A stretch of DNA of 62,742 bases from an uncultured Enterobacteriaceae bacterium. GTDB lineage: Bacteria; Pseudomonadota; Gammaproteobacteria; Burkholderiales; SG8-39. The position numbers were made by a program, and so were the translations under genes. A model generated the notes under the pieces. The model was not told the DNA's origin. It saw only the letters and a program-made list of their open reading frames with translations, and ran no database searches. How positions within the stretch are numbered: the stretch's first letter is position 1; each line of letters opens with the position of its first letter. Below, piece after piece: positions 31,810 to 43,546 of the stretch. Location: NCBI GenBank assembly GCA_964601155.1, contig CAZRMO010000004.1, positions 1-62,742 on the forward strand, read 5' to 3'.

Positions 31810-32778
31810 TCAGCCGCCGCGTTCCGCCTGCTTGCGCGCACGCACCACCTGGGCGAGATCGAGCACCACCTGCGCCAGCGCGACGCGGTCGTCCTCGGAG
31901 CGCATGATCGTCGGCGCCACTGCGACTTCGATGCCGCAGGCGCGAACGTCGTCCGCGGCCCTCTCGTCCACGGCGTCGATCACGAATCCGTCGATCAGCT
32001 GATAGTACTCGAGCGCGGCTCTGCGCGCCGACACCTCGTGGCCCAGCTCCTGCATCATTTTCCCGGCCGCGCCCTTGAGCGCGCGATCGCCGACGATCGG
32101 GCTCACGCCTATCACCGGCGCGCCGCGTTCGCGCAGCAGTTCGCGCATGCCCTGCACCGCCAATATCGGCTGGATCGTATGATAGGGGTTCGCCGGGCAG
32201 AGTACGATCGCCTCCAGGTCGGGCGCGTACAACGCCTCCAACACCTCGTCGGGAATGCGCGCCACGTCGGCGCCGGCATACAGGAAGCCTTTCACCACGG
32301 GCTCGCATTCGAGTTCGGTCAGGTATTCGTGGTAGCTCACGTGGCCGTCCTCGGTCACCACCACGGTGCGCACGGGATCGTTGCTCATCGGCAGCACGCG
32401 CGCGTCGATGCCCAGCGTTTTGCAGAATCCGAGCGTGATTTGGCTGAGCGGGTACTCCTGCCGCAGCGCCTCCGTGCGCAGCAGCGGCAGGGCATACGAG
32501 CGATCGCCGACGCGGACGCGGTGCTCCGAACCCAGGCGCTGCAGCATGTCATGCAGCGCGTAAGTCTCGCCCTCGGGTTCCCAGCCGGCCGCGGGGCTGG
32601 CAATCCCGCCGAGCGTGTACAGCATGGTATCGATGTCGGGCGAGAACGCCAGGCCGAAAACCTCATGGTCGTCGCCGGTATTGACGACGACGGCAAGATC
32701 CCTGCCGCGCAGTCGCCGCAACCCGTCGGCGAGCTTGGCGCCGCCAACCTGACCCGACAACGCGACGACTGTTCCCAT
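31810..32778 (-). CDS. CofD-like 2-phospho-L-lactate transferase family protein
   Basis: ALSGQVGGAKL, VVNTGDD, SPDIDTMLYTL, LPMSNDPVRT, LCPANPY..I, GVSPIVG..ALKGAAGKMM. Confidence 0.8.
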   Translation of the reverse strand: MGTVVALSGQVGGAKLADGLRRLRGRDLAVVVNTGDDHEVFGLAFSPDIDTMLYTLGGIASPAAGWEPEGETYALHDMLQRLGSEHRVRVGDRSYALPLLRTEALRQEYPLSQITLGFCKTLGIDARVLPMSNDPVRTVVVTEDGHVSYHEYLTELECEPVVKGFLYAGADVARIPDEVLEALYAPDLEAIVLCPANPYHTIQPILAVQGMRELLRERGAPVIGVSPIVGDRALKGAAGKMMQELGHEVSARRAALEYYQLIDGFVIDAVDERAADDVRACGIEVAVAPTIMRSEDDRVALAQVVLDLAQVVRARKQAERGG

Positions 32779-32949
32779 TGCACCCCCTGTCCGCGATCTG
32801 CGAATTGTAGCCGACGCCGCCCCAAAACGCGCGCGGCGCGTCGGCATCCTGCGACTCCGCGCCCCGCTCCTTCCGCTATACTCGAAATCGATTCTGCAGC
32901 GCGCACCGAAAAGCTGCCTTCCATCCCCTATGCCGAGAGGATTCAGTAC

Positions 32950-34539
32950 ATGGTTGTTCAAAAGGCAAAATTTATCATTACCAGCCTGATTTGCGCGGCT
33001 TTGTCGCTGACCGGCGCCCTTTCCGCGGCCGCGACGGAGTTGCGCATCGGTCTGGCGGCCGAAGTGACCACGCTCGATCCGCAATTCCTCAACATCGCAC
33101 CCAACAACAACGCGGCCTGGCAGATATTCGACGCCCTGGTAAATATCGACGCAAATGCGCGTCTCGTTCCCGGCCTGGCCGTGTCCTGGCGCGCGATCGA
33201 TCCGACCACTTGGGAATTCAAGCTGCGCCGCGGCGTCAAGTTCCAGGACGGCTCGGACTTCACCGCAGAAGACGTGGTTTTCTCTCTGGATCGCCCGGCA
33301 ACGCTGGCCGCGAGCCCGGGCCCGTTCACCGGTTTCGTCAAGGCGATCGTCGCAAAGAAAATCATCGATCCATGGACGCTGCAGCTGAAGACCGCAGTGC
33401 CCTACGCGATGCTGCCCTACGACCTCGATTCGATTTTCATCGTATCGAAGAAAGCGGCCGCCGGCGCGAGCACCCAGGATTTCGACAGCGGCAAGGCGGC
33501 TATCGGCACCGGCCCGTACAAGCTCGTGCGCTTCATCCGGGGCGACCGCATCGAGCTCGCGCGCAACGACGCCTACTGGGGCGGGCAAAATGGAAAACTC
33601 GCGCCCTGGGACAAGGTGACGCTGCGCATCATGCCCGAGGATACGGCGCGCGTCGCCGCGCTGCTCTCCGGCGACGTGGATGCAATCGAGAACATTCCCA
33701 CCGCCGATCTGACCCGGCTCAAGGCGAACCCGAATTTCCGCCTGGAACAGAAGGTCTCCTGGCGCACGATTTTCCTGCACATGGACCAGTACCGCGACCA
33801 CCCGCCTCATGTAAGCGACAAGTCGGGAAAGCCGCTGGCGCGAAACCCGTTCAAGGATGCGCGCGTAAGGTTGGCCATTTCCAAGGCCATCAACCGCAAG
33901 GCGATCGTCGAGCGCGTGATGGAGGGCTTCGCCACCGCCGCGGGCAACCTGGTGTCGCCGCCGGTGTTCGGCTATGCGCCCGCGCTCAAGCCCGAAGCCT
34001 ACGACCCGGCCGGCGCGAGGAAGCTGCTTGCAGAAGCCGGCTATCCGGACGGATTCGCGGTGACTCTGGACGCGCCCAAGAACCGCTACGTCAACGATGA
34101 ACGGCTGGCACAGGTGCTGGCGCAGATGCTGGCGCGGGTGGGCATACAGACCAAGGTGGAAACCATGCCCTCGAGCGTGTACTTCGCCAAGGCGCGCGCG
34201 GGCGATTTTTCCTTCGCCATGCTCGGTTGGGGTTCGTTTTCGGGCGACCTTGCGCTGCGCGCCCTCCTCGCCACGCCCAACGCCGCCAAGGGCTATGGCG
34301 CCTGGAACTGGGGCCACTACTCGAATCCAAAAGTGGATGCGCTGCTCGAGCAGGACTTCGCCACCCTGGACAACAACAAGCGCGAAGCGCTGGCGCGCGC
34401 AGCCGCGACACTAGCGCTCAAGGATGTGCCGGTGATACTGCTGTATCACCAGCTCGCTTCCTGGGCGATGAAAAAGGACATTGCCTACACGCCGCGCACC
34501 GACGAATACACTTTCGCCCGCGATTTCCGGCCGCGTTAG
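32950..34539 (+). CDS. ABC transporter substrate-binding protein, family 5 (dipeptide/oligopeptide/nickel type)
   Basis: Signal peptide, TLDP, WEFKLRRGVKFQDGSDFTAEDVVFS, IGTGPYK, VRLAISKAINR. Confidence 0.92.
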   Translation: MVVQKAKFIITSLICAALSLTGALSAAATELRIGLAAEVTTLDPQFLNIAPNNNAAWQIFDALVNIDANARLVPGLAVSWRAIDPTTWEFKLRRGVKFQDGSDFTAEDVVFSLDRPATLAASPGPFTGFVKAIVAKKIIDPWTLQLKTAVPYAMLPYDLDSIFIVSKKAAAGASTQDFDSGKAAIGTGPYKLVRFIRGDRIELARNDAYWGGQNGKLAPWDKVTLRIMPEDTARVAALLSGDVDAIENIPTADLTRLKANPNFRLEQKVSWRTIFLHMDQYRDHPPHVSDKSGKPLARNPFKDARVRLAISKAINRKAIVERVMEGFATAAGNLVSPPVFGYAPALKPEAYDPAGARKLLAEAGYPDGFAVTLDAPKNRYVNDERLAQVLAQMLARVGIQTKVETMPSSVYFAKARAGDFSFAMLGWGSFSGDLALRALLATPNAAKGYGAWNWGHYSNPKVDALLEQDFATLDNNKREALARAAATLALKDVPVILLYHQLASWAMKKDIAYTPRTDEYTFARDFRPR

Positions 34540-34547
34540 GGTCGCCG

Positions 34548-35525
34548 ATGACCGCATTCATCATCCGCCGCCTGCTGCAAAGTCTGCTGGTGCTGGGTGT
34601 CATGTCGCTGCTGGTGTTCGTCGGCGTGTACGCCATCGGCAATCCGGTGGACATCCTGATCAATCCGCAAGCCGACCAGGCCGACATTGCGCGCGCAATC
34701 GCCGCGCTTGGGCTGGATAAGCCGCTATGGCAGCAATACCTGATTTTCCTTAAGCACGCCTTGGCGGGCGACCTAGGCAAATCCTTCGTCTACAACGTCC
34801 CCGCGCTGCAGTTGATCCTGGAGCGCATGCCGGCCACGCTGGAGCTGGCGCTGGCCGCCACCGGCATGGCGGTGCTGCTCGGTATTCCGCTCGGACTGTG
34901 GGCGGGCCTTGCGCCCGACTCCTGGCCGGGCAAGCTGATCATGACCGGCTCCATCCTCGGTTTTTCGCTACCCACTTTCTGGGTCGGCGTGATGCTGATC
35001 ATGCTGTTCGCGGTCGAGCTCGGCTGGCTGCCCTCCGGCGGCCGCGGCCCGACCACCGACCTGCTCGGCATTCCGGTAAGTTTCCTCTCCTGGGACGGCA
35101 TCCGCCATCTGATCCTGCCGGCTGCCAATCTGGCGCTGTTCGAGCTCTCGCTGCTCATCCGCATGACGCGCGCCGGAACGCGCGAAGCGCTGCTGCAAGA
35201 TTACGTCAAATTCGCCCGCGCCAAGGGCCTTTCGAACGCGCGCGTGATCGGCGTGCACGTGCTCAAGAACATCCTGATCCCGATCGTCACCGTGATCGGC
35301 CTGGAGTTCGGCTCGGTAATCGCGTTTGCCATTGTCACCGAGTCGATATTCGCCTGGCCGGGCATGGGCAAGCTGATCATCGACTCGATCAACGTGCTCG
35401 ACCGGCCGGTAATCGTCGCCTACCTGCTGATCGTTGTGAGTCTGGTCATCCTGATCAACCTCGCCGTGGATATCGCCTACTCGCTGCTCGATCCGCGCGT
35501 GCGCATCGGCGCGGCAACGGCATAA
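34548..35525 (+). CDS. Peptide ABC transporter permease (DppB-like)
   Basis: GDLGKS, ATLELA, LPTFWVG, EAA loop DYVKFARAKGL, FAWPGMG. Confidence 0.92.
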   Translation: MTAFIIRRLLQSLLVLGVMSLLVFVGVYAIGNPVDILINPQADQADIARAIAALGLDKPLWQQYLIFLKHALAGDLGKSFVYNVPALQLILERMPATLELALAATGMAVLLGIPLGLWAGLAPDSWPGKLIMTGSILGFSLPTFWVGVMLIMLFAVELGWLPSGGRGPTTDLLGIPVSFLSWDGIRHLILPAANLALFELSLLIRMTRAGTREALLQDYVKFARAKGLSNARVIGVHVLKNILIPIVTVIGLEFGSVIAFAIVTESIFAWPGMGKLIIDSINVLDRPVIVAYLLIVVSLVILINLAVDIAYSLLDPRVRIGAATA

Positions 35526-35528
35526 ACC

Positions 35529-36406
35529 ATGCAACGCGAACCGACGCCTTTCGCGCGCATCGCCGCCGACTTCGCCGAGAGCCGGCTCGCCCTTGCCGGG
35601 CTGGCCTTGTTGGCGCTGATACTGCTCGTCGCCGTGTTTGCGCCGCTGATCTCGCCGCAAAATCCCTACGACCTGGCGCAGCTCGACGTGCTCGACAGCC
35701 GCCTGCCGCCCGGCTCGAAGTCCGGCACGGGGCTGACTTTCTGGCTCGGCAGCGACGGGCAGGGCCGCGACATCCTGTCGGGCATTTTCTACGGCCTGCG
35801 CATCAGCCTCGGCGTGGGCGCGGCGAGCACGCTGTGTGCGCTGATCATCGGCCTCACCATGGGCCTTTGCGCCGCCTATTTCGGCGGGCGCACCGACAGC
35901 CTGATCATGCGCCTGGTCGACATCCAACTGTCCTTTCCCTCGGTACTGATCGCCCTCATCCTGCTCGCCTTGTTGGGCCAGGGAGTCGGCAAGACGATCT
36001 TCGCGCTGATCGCGGTGCAATGGGCCTACTACGCGCGCACCGTGCGCGGCACGGCGCTCATCGAGCGCGGCAAGGAATACATCGAGGCGGCCGCCTGCCT
36101 CGCGCTGCCGCCGGCGCGCATCGTGTTGCGCCACCTGCTGCCCAATTGCCTGCCTCCGCTGATAGTCATCGCCACGGTGCAGGTGGCGGCGGCGATCACG
36201 CTGGAGGCCACCCTGTCCTATCTCGGCATCGGCGTTCCCATCACCGAACCCTCGCTCGGACTGCTGATCAAGAACGGTTTCGACTACATGCTCGCGGGGC
36301 AATACTGGATCAGCTTTTTCCCCGGCGTCGCCCTCGTGCTGACCATAGTCAGCATCAATCTGGTCGCGGACCAGCTGCGCGATGTACTCAATCCGCGGCT
36401 GCAGAA

Positions 36407-36410
<4 letters not shown>
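35529..36410 (+). CDS. Peptide ABC transporter permease (DppC-like)
   Basis: WLGSDGQGRDI, EYIEAA, HLLPN, EATLSYLG.G. Confidence 0.92.
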
Positions 36411-37371
<961 letters not shown>

Positions 37372-37375
<4 letters not shown>

Positions 37376-38382
37376 GCGCGCTGCGATCGCATTTGCTCGA
37401 ACTGCGCGGCGCATCCAAGCGCTTCGTCAAATCGCTGGATAGCGCCGCCATGCTTGCCAATCTGCTCGGCGCCGGCGCGACGGGGGAAGTCGTGCACGCC
37501 GTTGACCAAGTCGATCTCGCGGTGCAGGCGGGCGAAGTGGTGGGCCTGGTAGGAGAATCCGGTTGCGGCAAATCCACGCTGGGGCGCGTCGCGGTCGGCT
37601 TGCTCCAACCTTCCTCAGGCAAGCGCCTCTGGCGCGGCGAGGAAATCGCGCGGCTGCCCGCTTCGAAGCAGCGCGCAATCCAGCTCAAGATCCAGATGAT
37701 CTTCCAGGATCCCTATGCCTCGCTCAATCCGCGCATGCGTGTGGCCGATATCGTCGGCGAGGCACCGGTGGTGCACGGCCTGATCGGGCGGCGCGACCAA
37801 CAGCAGTACGCGGCGGAGATGCTCGAACGCGTCGGTCTGGACGCATCGCTTCTCGGCCGCTATCCGCACCAGTTCTCCGGCGGGCAGCGCGCGCGCATCG
37901 GCATTGCCCGGGCGCTGGCGGTCAGACCCGAATTCCTGGTGTGCGACGAGGCGGTGGCAGCCCTCGACGTTTCGGTCCGAGCGCAAGTACTCAATCTGTT
38001 CATGCGCCTGCGTGAGGAATTCAGGCTCACTTATCTTTTCATCAGCCACGACCTCGGCGTGGTGCAGCATCTTTCGGATCGCGTGGCAATCATGTATCTG
38101 GGACGGATAGTCGAGGCCGCGACTACCGGGGAGATCTTCGCCGCGGCCAACCACCCCTATACCCAAGCGCTGCTGGCCGAGGTGCCGCGCCTGGATTTGC
38201 GCAGGAAGCATTTCGTTTCGATCAAGGGCGAAATTCCCTCGCCGCTGGACCCGCCGCCGGGCTGCCATTTCCATCCGCGCTGCCCCCATGCCATGCCCCG
38301 GTGTAGAATCGAACAGCCCGCTTTGCGCGAGATCGCGCCTTTGCATTTCTCCGCCTGCCATCTGAACGACGGAGTTTCATGA
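37372..38382 (+). CDS. Peptide ABC transporter ATPase (DppF-like)
   Basis: [39 protein letters not shown]. Confidence 0.93.
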
Positions 38383-39563
38383 TGAATCAAACGACGCAGC
38401 CGCCGATCAAGCCCGAAACCTTAGCCATCATCGAACGCCTGATCGGCTTCGACACCACCAGCCGCGATTCCAATCTCGGCCTGATCGAGTGGGCGCGCGA
38501 CTACCTCAAGGACTACGGCATCGAGTCGCGCCTCACTTACGACGCCGGCGGCAACAAGGCGAACCTGTTCGCCACGGTGCAAAAGGGCGCGAAGCCCGGC
38601 ATCGTGCTCTCCGGCCACACCGACGTGGTGCCGGTCGACGGCCAGAACTGGGCTAGCGATCCGTTCAAGGCGACACTGATAGAAGACAAGCTCTACGGCC
38701 GTGGAGCTTGCGACATGAAAAGCTATCTCGCCGTGATCCTCGCCATGGCGCCGCGCTTCGCTGCGGCGAATCTCAAGGCGCCGATCCATTTCGCCCTGTC
38801 CTACGACGAGGAAGTCGGCTGCATCGGCGCGCGCCGCCTGCTCGATGACTTGGCGCGCAACGATATTCGCCCCGCGGGCGCCGTCATCGGCGAACCCACC
38901 GGTATGCAGCCGGTGATCGCGCATAAGGGCAAACGCTCCTACCAGTGCTGCGTGCACGGCAAGGAAGCGCATTCGGCGCTGACACCGCAGGGGGTCAACG
39001 CGATCGAGTATGCCGCGCGGATCATCAGCTACATCCGTCACATGGCCGAACGCATGCAGGCGTGCGAGCCGCGCGACTACGGCTTCGACGTGCCCTTCAC
39101 CACGCTTCAGACCGGAGTGATCGCGGGCGGCACCGCAGGCAATATCGTCCCGCGCGAGTGCAAATTCCAGTTCGAGTTCCGTTACCTGCCCGGCGCCGAC
39201 CCGGAAGCGCTGGAGCGCGAGATCAAGGACTACGCCGAAAGCGTGATCCTGCCGGAGATGCGAAGGACCGACCCGGCGACCGGCATCAGCTTCGAAACAA
39301 AAGCCGAGATCCCCGGACTCAACACAACAGAAGAGGCGCAGCTCACCCGGCTCGCACAAGACCTATCGCGCAACAAGTCGGCAGCCAAGGTCGCCTATGC
39401 CACCGAGGGCGGACTATTTCAGCGTGCCGGCATCCCCGCAATCATCTGCGGTCCGGGCTCGATAGCGCAGGCGCACAAACCCGACGAATTCGTGACGCTG
39501 GAACAGGTAGCGCTGTGCGAATCTTTCATGGAACGGCTGCTCGAACAAATGAGTGCGGCGTAG
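38379..39563 (+). CDS. argE: Acetylornithine deacetylase-like M20 metallopeptidase
   Basis: LSGHTDVVP, GRGACDMK, YDEEVGC, GEPT, AHSAL, TEGG, QAHKPDE. Physiological substrate is uncertain. Confidence 0.8.
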   Translation: MMNQTTQPPIKPETLAIIERLIGFDTTSRDSNLGLIEWARDYLKDYGIESRLTYDAGGNKANLFATVQKGAKPGIVLSGHTDVVPVDGQNWASDPFKATLIEDKLYGRGACDMKSYLAVILAMAPRFAAANLKAPIHFALSYDEEVGCIGARRLLDDLARNDIRPAGAVIGEPTGMQPVIAHKGKRSYQCCVHGKEAHSALTPQGVNAIEYAARIISYIRHMAERMQACEPRDYGFDVPFTTLQTGVIAGGTAGNIVPRECKFQFEFRYLPGADPEALEREIKDYAESVILPEMRRTDPATGISFETKAEIPGLNTTEEAQLTRLAQDLSRNKSAAKVAYATEGGLFQRAGIPAIICGPGSIAQAHKPDEFVTLEQVALCESFMERLLEQMSAA

Positions 39564-39580
39564 CCGGCGCCTCATCCCGC

Positions 39581-39612
39581 AAAAACGAACGGGACGCCTA
39601 GGCGTCCCGTTC
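39581..39612 (-). terminator. Intrinsic terminator after rplS (possibly bidirectional)
   Basis: Inverted repeat gaacgggacgcc-ta-ggcgtcccgttc (12-nt perfect arms) followed on the minus strand by GUUUUU. Lies between convergent argE and rplS. Confidence 0.8.
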
Positions 39613-39635
39613 CGCTTCGATGCGAACAGCAGCGG

Positions 39636-40034
39636 CTATTCTGCCGCGGCGACTTCCTCGACGGTTTCCGCCACCACGCGCTTGCTGAGCTTTTCGCGGA
39701 TACGCGCCGACTTGCCGGAGCGCTCGCGCAGATAATAGAGCTTGGCGCGGCGCACGTCGCCCTTGCGTTTCACCTCGACCGAGGCGATCAGGGGCGAATA
39801 GGTCTGGAAGGTCCTCTCCACGCCTTCACCCGCCGAAATCTTGCGCACGATGAACGAGGAGCTGAGGCCGCGGTTGCGCTTGGCGATGACCACGCCCTCG
39901 TAGGCCTGCAAGCGCTTGCGCTCACCCTCGACCACGTTGACGCTCACGATCACGGTGTCGCCCGGGGCGAACACCGGAATGGTTTTGCCCAGGCGGGTGA
40001 TCTCTTCGTGTTCCAGTTTCTCTATCAGGTTCAT
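39636..40034 (-). CDS. rplS: 50S ribosomal protein L19
   Basis: [37 protein letters not shown]. Confidence 0.97.
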   Translation of the reverse strand: MNLIEKLEHEEITRLGKTIPVFAPGDTVIVSVNVVEGERKRLQAYEGVVIAKRNRGLSSSFIVRKISAGEGVERTFQTYSPLIASVEVKRKGDVRRAKLYYLRERSGKSARIREKLSKRVVAETVEEVAAAE

Positions 40035-40081
40035 GACTCGACTCCTAGTATTATTTGCAGCTGTCGCATTTGCCACAGCCT

Positions 40082-40828
40082 CTACGTATTTTCTTCCCGC
40101 TTGAATTCCTCAAGCAGCTTCGCTTCTGCCACGCTCAGGGCGCGCTTTGCCAGCAGATCCGGCCGTCTCAGCCAGGTCCTGCCCAGCGCCTGCTTCAGGC
40201 GCCAGCGTTCAATCTCGGCGTGGTTGCCCGAGAGCAGCACCGACGGCACGCGCTCGCCCGCATACTCCTCCGGCCGAGTGTAATGCGGACAATCCAGCAG
40301 TCCGCTCACAAACGAATCCTGCGCCGCCGAATCCTCGTCGCCCAGAACGCCGGGCAACTGCCGCACCACCGCATCAATCAGCACCATCGCCGCGAGTTCC
40401 CCGCCGGAGAGCACATAATCGCCGATCGATATTTCCTCGTCGACCGCGCGGCGGATCAGTCTCTCGTCCACGCTCTCGTAGCGCCCGCACAACAAAACTG
40501 CACCGGGCCCTGCCGCAAACTCCATCACCTTGCGGTGGTCCAGCGCCCCGCCCTGCGGCGAAAGGTATATCACCTTGCGCCCACTGCCGACGACACGCGC
40601 TTTCGCCGCGCAAATCGCTGCCTCCAAAGGCTCGGCCAGCATCACCATGCCGGGCCCGCCGCCGTACGGCCGGTCGTCCACCGTGCGGTAGTTGTCGCTG
40701 GTAAAATCCCGCGGATTCCACAGTTCCAGACTGTAGCGCTCCGCCTTCAGCGCGCGGCCGGTGATACCCGATTCCGTGAGCGCCGCGAACATCTGCGGAA
40801 ACAAGGTCACGCAATCGAAGTGGATCAC
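40082..40828 (-). CDS. trmD: tRNA (guanine-N1)-methyltransferase
   Basis: [50 protein letters not shown] start overlaps the rimM stop. Confidence 0.97.
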   Translation of the reverse strand: MIHFDCVTLFPQMFAALTESGITGRALKAERYSLELWNPRDFTSDNYRTVDDRPYGGGPGMVMLAEPLEAAICAAKARVVGSGRKVIYLSPQGGALDHRKVMEFAAGPGAVLLCGRYESVDERLIRRAVDEEISIGDYVLSGGELAAMVLIDAVVRQLPGVLGDEDSAAQDSFVSGLLDCPHYTRPEEYAGERVPSVLLSGNHAEIERWRLKQALGRTWLRRPDLLAKRALSVAEAKLLEEFKREENT

Positions 40829-41367
40829 CAGTCCAGCTCCCACTCCACCCGGATCCGGCCTTGGGCCATATCCACTTGGCGAACCACCGGCTCGACGAAC
40901 GGCAACAGGCGTTCGATCTCGTCGCCGGCGACGACGCGCATCACCGGATGGGCGCCGCTGTCGAAAAGTTCGGCGACCACGCCGAGCTCCTCGTCCCGCA
41001 TATTCACCACTTTCAGGCCGACCAGGTCGACCCAGTAAAACTCGTCCTCGGCGTTCTGCGGCAGCGCCTTGCGCTCTAGCGCAATCTCGCTGCCCTTCAG
41101 CGCCAGTGCCGCATCGCGCTCCACGCAGCCCTCGAAGCGCGCCATCAGGCTGGCCCCATGCTGCACTACGCTCTCGGCGACTTTCAATTCACGCCAGTCG
41201 CCGTTCCTGCCCACCCACCACACGCGGTAGGCGCTCAAACTGTCCGGATTCGGGCTATAGGGCTCTATCCTGACCCAGCCCTTGAGGCCGTACGGGGCGA
41301 CGATCCGCCCCATCAGGATCGGCTGCTCAGGCCGCGGGTGCGACAGTTCCGGCGACTTTCTTACCAA
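40825..41367 (-). CDS. rimM: Ribosome maturation factor RimM
   Basis: [27 protein letters not shown]. Position between rpsP and trmD. Start is uncertain. Confidence 0.93.
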   Translation of the reverse strand: MVRKSPELSHPRPEQPILMGRIVAPYGLKGWVRIEPYSPNPDSLSAYRVWWVGRNGDWRELKVAESVVQHGASLMARFEGCVERDAALALKGSEIALERKALPQNAEDEFYWVDLVGLKVVNMRDEELGVVAELFDSGAHPVMRVVAGDEIERLLPFVEPVVRQVDMAQGRIRVEWELDW

Positions 41368-41599
41368 ACTGCTTGACCAGCCTTGCGACTGTCGGGGAAA
41401 GCTGGGCGCCCTTGCCTTGCCAGAAGCTCAGCCTATCCATGGCGACACGCAGGTTTTCGCGACCCTCGGGCGCCTTGGGATCATAGAAGCCGACGCGCTC
41501 GATGAACTTGCCGCCGGCGGCCCGGCGCGAATCCGCCACCACCATGTTGTAGAAAGGGCGTTTATGCGCACCACCGCGGGCGAGGCGAATCACAACCAT
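41327..41599 (-). CDS. rpsP: 30S ribosomal protein S16
   Basis: [37 protein letters not shown]. Confidence 0.97.
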   Translation of the reverse strand: MVVIRLARGGAHKRPFYNMVVADSRRAAGGKFIERVGFYDPKAPEGRENLRVAMDRLSFWQGKGAQLSPTVARLVKQFGKKVAGTVAPAA

Positions 41600-41900
41600 G
41601 TCTTTGTCCCGAAACTTGAAAAAGAGCGAGATTCTACGATGATTTGACGCCTATTGGCAAGGGCTTTGTGAGGACAGATGCGGACGCGCTGACGTGAATT
41701 TTTTAGGATTTTCAATAGAATACCTTTGGCTGGCGCCACTTGGCGAGTAGCGACTGGTGTTCGGACATTTCGGATCGCGCCGGCATTTCCCGGGGTGCAT
41801 GCTTCAATCGCGTCCGGGCAGGCCTGCCACATGAGCGCATTGCCTGCCTGCTTCGATTGTGTTCCTATACAGCCCTTTCTCACGCCAGAAAGAAGACTCC

Positions 41901-43526
41901 ATGATCGATATGCACACCGGCCGGCCGCCGACGCTGGCCCCGCAGGGTATGGTTGCCTGTCCCCACGCTCTGGCTTCCGAAGCCGGCGTAGAAATTCTGA
42001 AGGCCGGGGGCTCAGCGGTGGATGCCGCGATCGCCGCGAGCGCCGCCCTCAGTGTGCTCTATCCGCATATGACGGGACTGGGCGGAGATGCGTTCTGGCT
42101 GATCTACGATGCCAAGCGCCACCGCGTGCGCTGTCTCGACGGTGGCGGCTGCGCCGCCGCGAGCGCCGCAATCGAAACTTTCTCCGCGCGCGGCATGGGG
42201 GAGATACCGTTCCGCGGCATCCTGCCGGCGACACTCACCGTGCCCGGCGCGGTGGCAAGCTGGTGCGAAGCGCACGCGGAGCACGGACGCCTGCCGCTCG
42301 CACGCAACCTGGCGGCGGCGGCGGCCTACGCGCGCGAGGGTTTTCCGGTGACCGAACGCCTCGCCAGCTGGATCGCCGCGAGCACGCCGGAACTGGCGCA
42401 GAATCGGGAAGCCGCCGCAATCTTTCTGAAAAACGGCGAGGCGCCGCGCACAGGACAGAGCCTGGTCAACGCCGATCTGGCGCGCTCCATCGAAGCCGTC
42501 GGCGCCGGCGGGCGAGAAGCCTACTACGAAGGCGAGATCGCCCAGGAGCTTTCGCGTTATGCGGCCGCAAACGGCGGATTTTTCACCGAAGCCGATTTTC
42601 GCGCGCAGCGCGCACAGTGGCGCGAACCGGTCTTTACCGATTATCGCGGCGTCAGGCTGTACCAGACGCCTCCGCCCACCCAGGGTATTTCGCTGTTGCA
42701 GATGCTGAACCTGATCGAAGCCTATGACCTCGGGGCAATGGAATACCTTGGCGCGGACCACGTGCACTTTCTGGTGCAGGCGAAACAGCTCGCCTTCAAT
42801 GACCGCGACCGCTGGATCGCGGATCCGGATTTTGCGAACGTCCCGATAGAGCGCATGCTGTCGCGCGCCTACGCCGACGAGCGGCGCAAGCTGATCGATC
42901 CGGCACGCGCGCTGCCATGGGACAAAGTGCCCTCGTACGGCAGCCTTGCCGGCGATACCGTATACATCTGCGCGGTCGATGCCGAGGGCAACGCGGCTTC
43001 GCTGATCCACAGCCTCTATGGCCTGTTCGGTTCCGGCGTGGTCGCGGGCAAAAGCGGCATTGTGCTGCAAAACCGCGGCGCCTATTTTTCGCTCGACCCG
43101 GCGCATCCGAACAAGCTCGAGCCCGGCAAGCGACCGCTGCACACGCTGATCGCTTCGCTTGCCTTCAGCGACGACAAGCTGTGGCAGGTGTTCGGCTGCA
43201 TGGGTGCGGACGGCCAGCCGCAGATCCAGCTGCAGGCCTACGTTGCCATGATCGATTTCGGCCTCAACGTGCAGCAGGCGATCGAGTCACCGCGCTGGCT
43301 CTCCGGCCGCTTCGCCTTGGGCGAACCGCGCGACTTGCTCAACATCGAGGGACGTTACGCGCCGAGCACCTTGCGTGAGCTCGAGCGCAGGGGACATGTG
43401 CTGAACCGCTGGGGCGCGTGGAACGAACTCGCCGGCCATGCGCACGGCATCAGCATCGATCCGGTCACCTGTACCCGCGCAGGCGGCTCGGACCCGCGCA
43501 GCGACGGCGCGGCAATAGGGTATTAG
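41901..43526 (+). CDS. Gamma-glutamyltransferase (Ntn-hydrolase T3) family protein
   Basis: GGSAVDAAIA, GLGGDAF, TVPGAV, PPPTQG, GDT nucleophile, LQNRG, KRPLHTL, MGADGQPQ, SDPRSDG. Confidence 0.9.
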   Translation: MIDMHTGRPPTLAPQGMVACPHALASEAGVEILKAGGSAVDAAIAASAALSVLYPHMTGLGGDAFWLIYDAKRHRVRCLDGGGCAAASAAIETFSARGMGEIPFRGILPATLTVPGAVASWCEAHAEHGRLPLARNLAAAAAYAREGFPVTERLASWIAASTPELAQNREAAAIFLKNGEAPRTGQSLVNADLARSIEAVGAGGREAYYEGEIAQELSRYAAANGGFFTEADFRAQRAQWREPVFTDYRGVRLYQTPPPTQGISLLQMLNLIEAYDLGAMEYLGADHVHFLVQAKQLAFNDRDRWIADPDFANVPIERMLSRAYADERRKLIDPARALPWDKVPSYGSLAGDTVYICAVDAEGNAASLIHSLYGLFGSGVVAGKSGIVLQNRGAYFSLDPAHPNKLEPGKRPLHTLIASLAFSDDKLWQVFGCMGADGQPQIQLQAYVAMIDFGLNVQQAIESPRWLSGRFALGEPRDLLNIEGRYAPSTLRELERRGHVLNRWGAWNELAGHAHGISIDPVTCTRAGGSDPRSDGAAIGY

Positions 43527-43546
43527 GGAAAACGGGGCGACAGCGC

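Noticed and set aside
31366-32949. Apparent 1057-aa extended ABC substrate-binding protein, and the 835-aa extension of the CofD-like ORF
   Set aside because: The extensions overlap real genes on the opposite strand. The signal peptide begins at 32950 and CofD homology begins at 32778.
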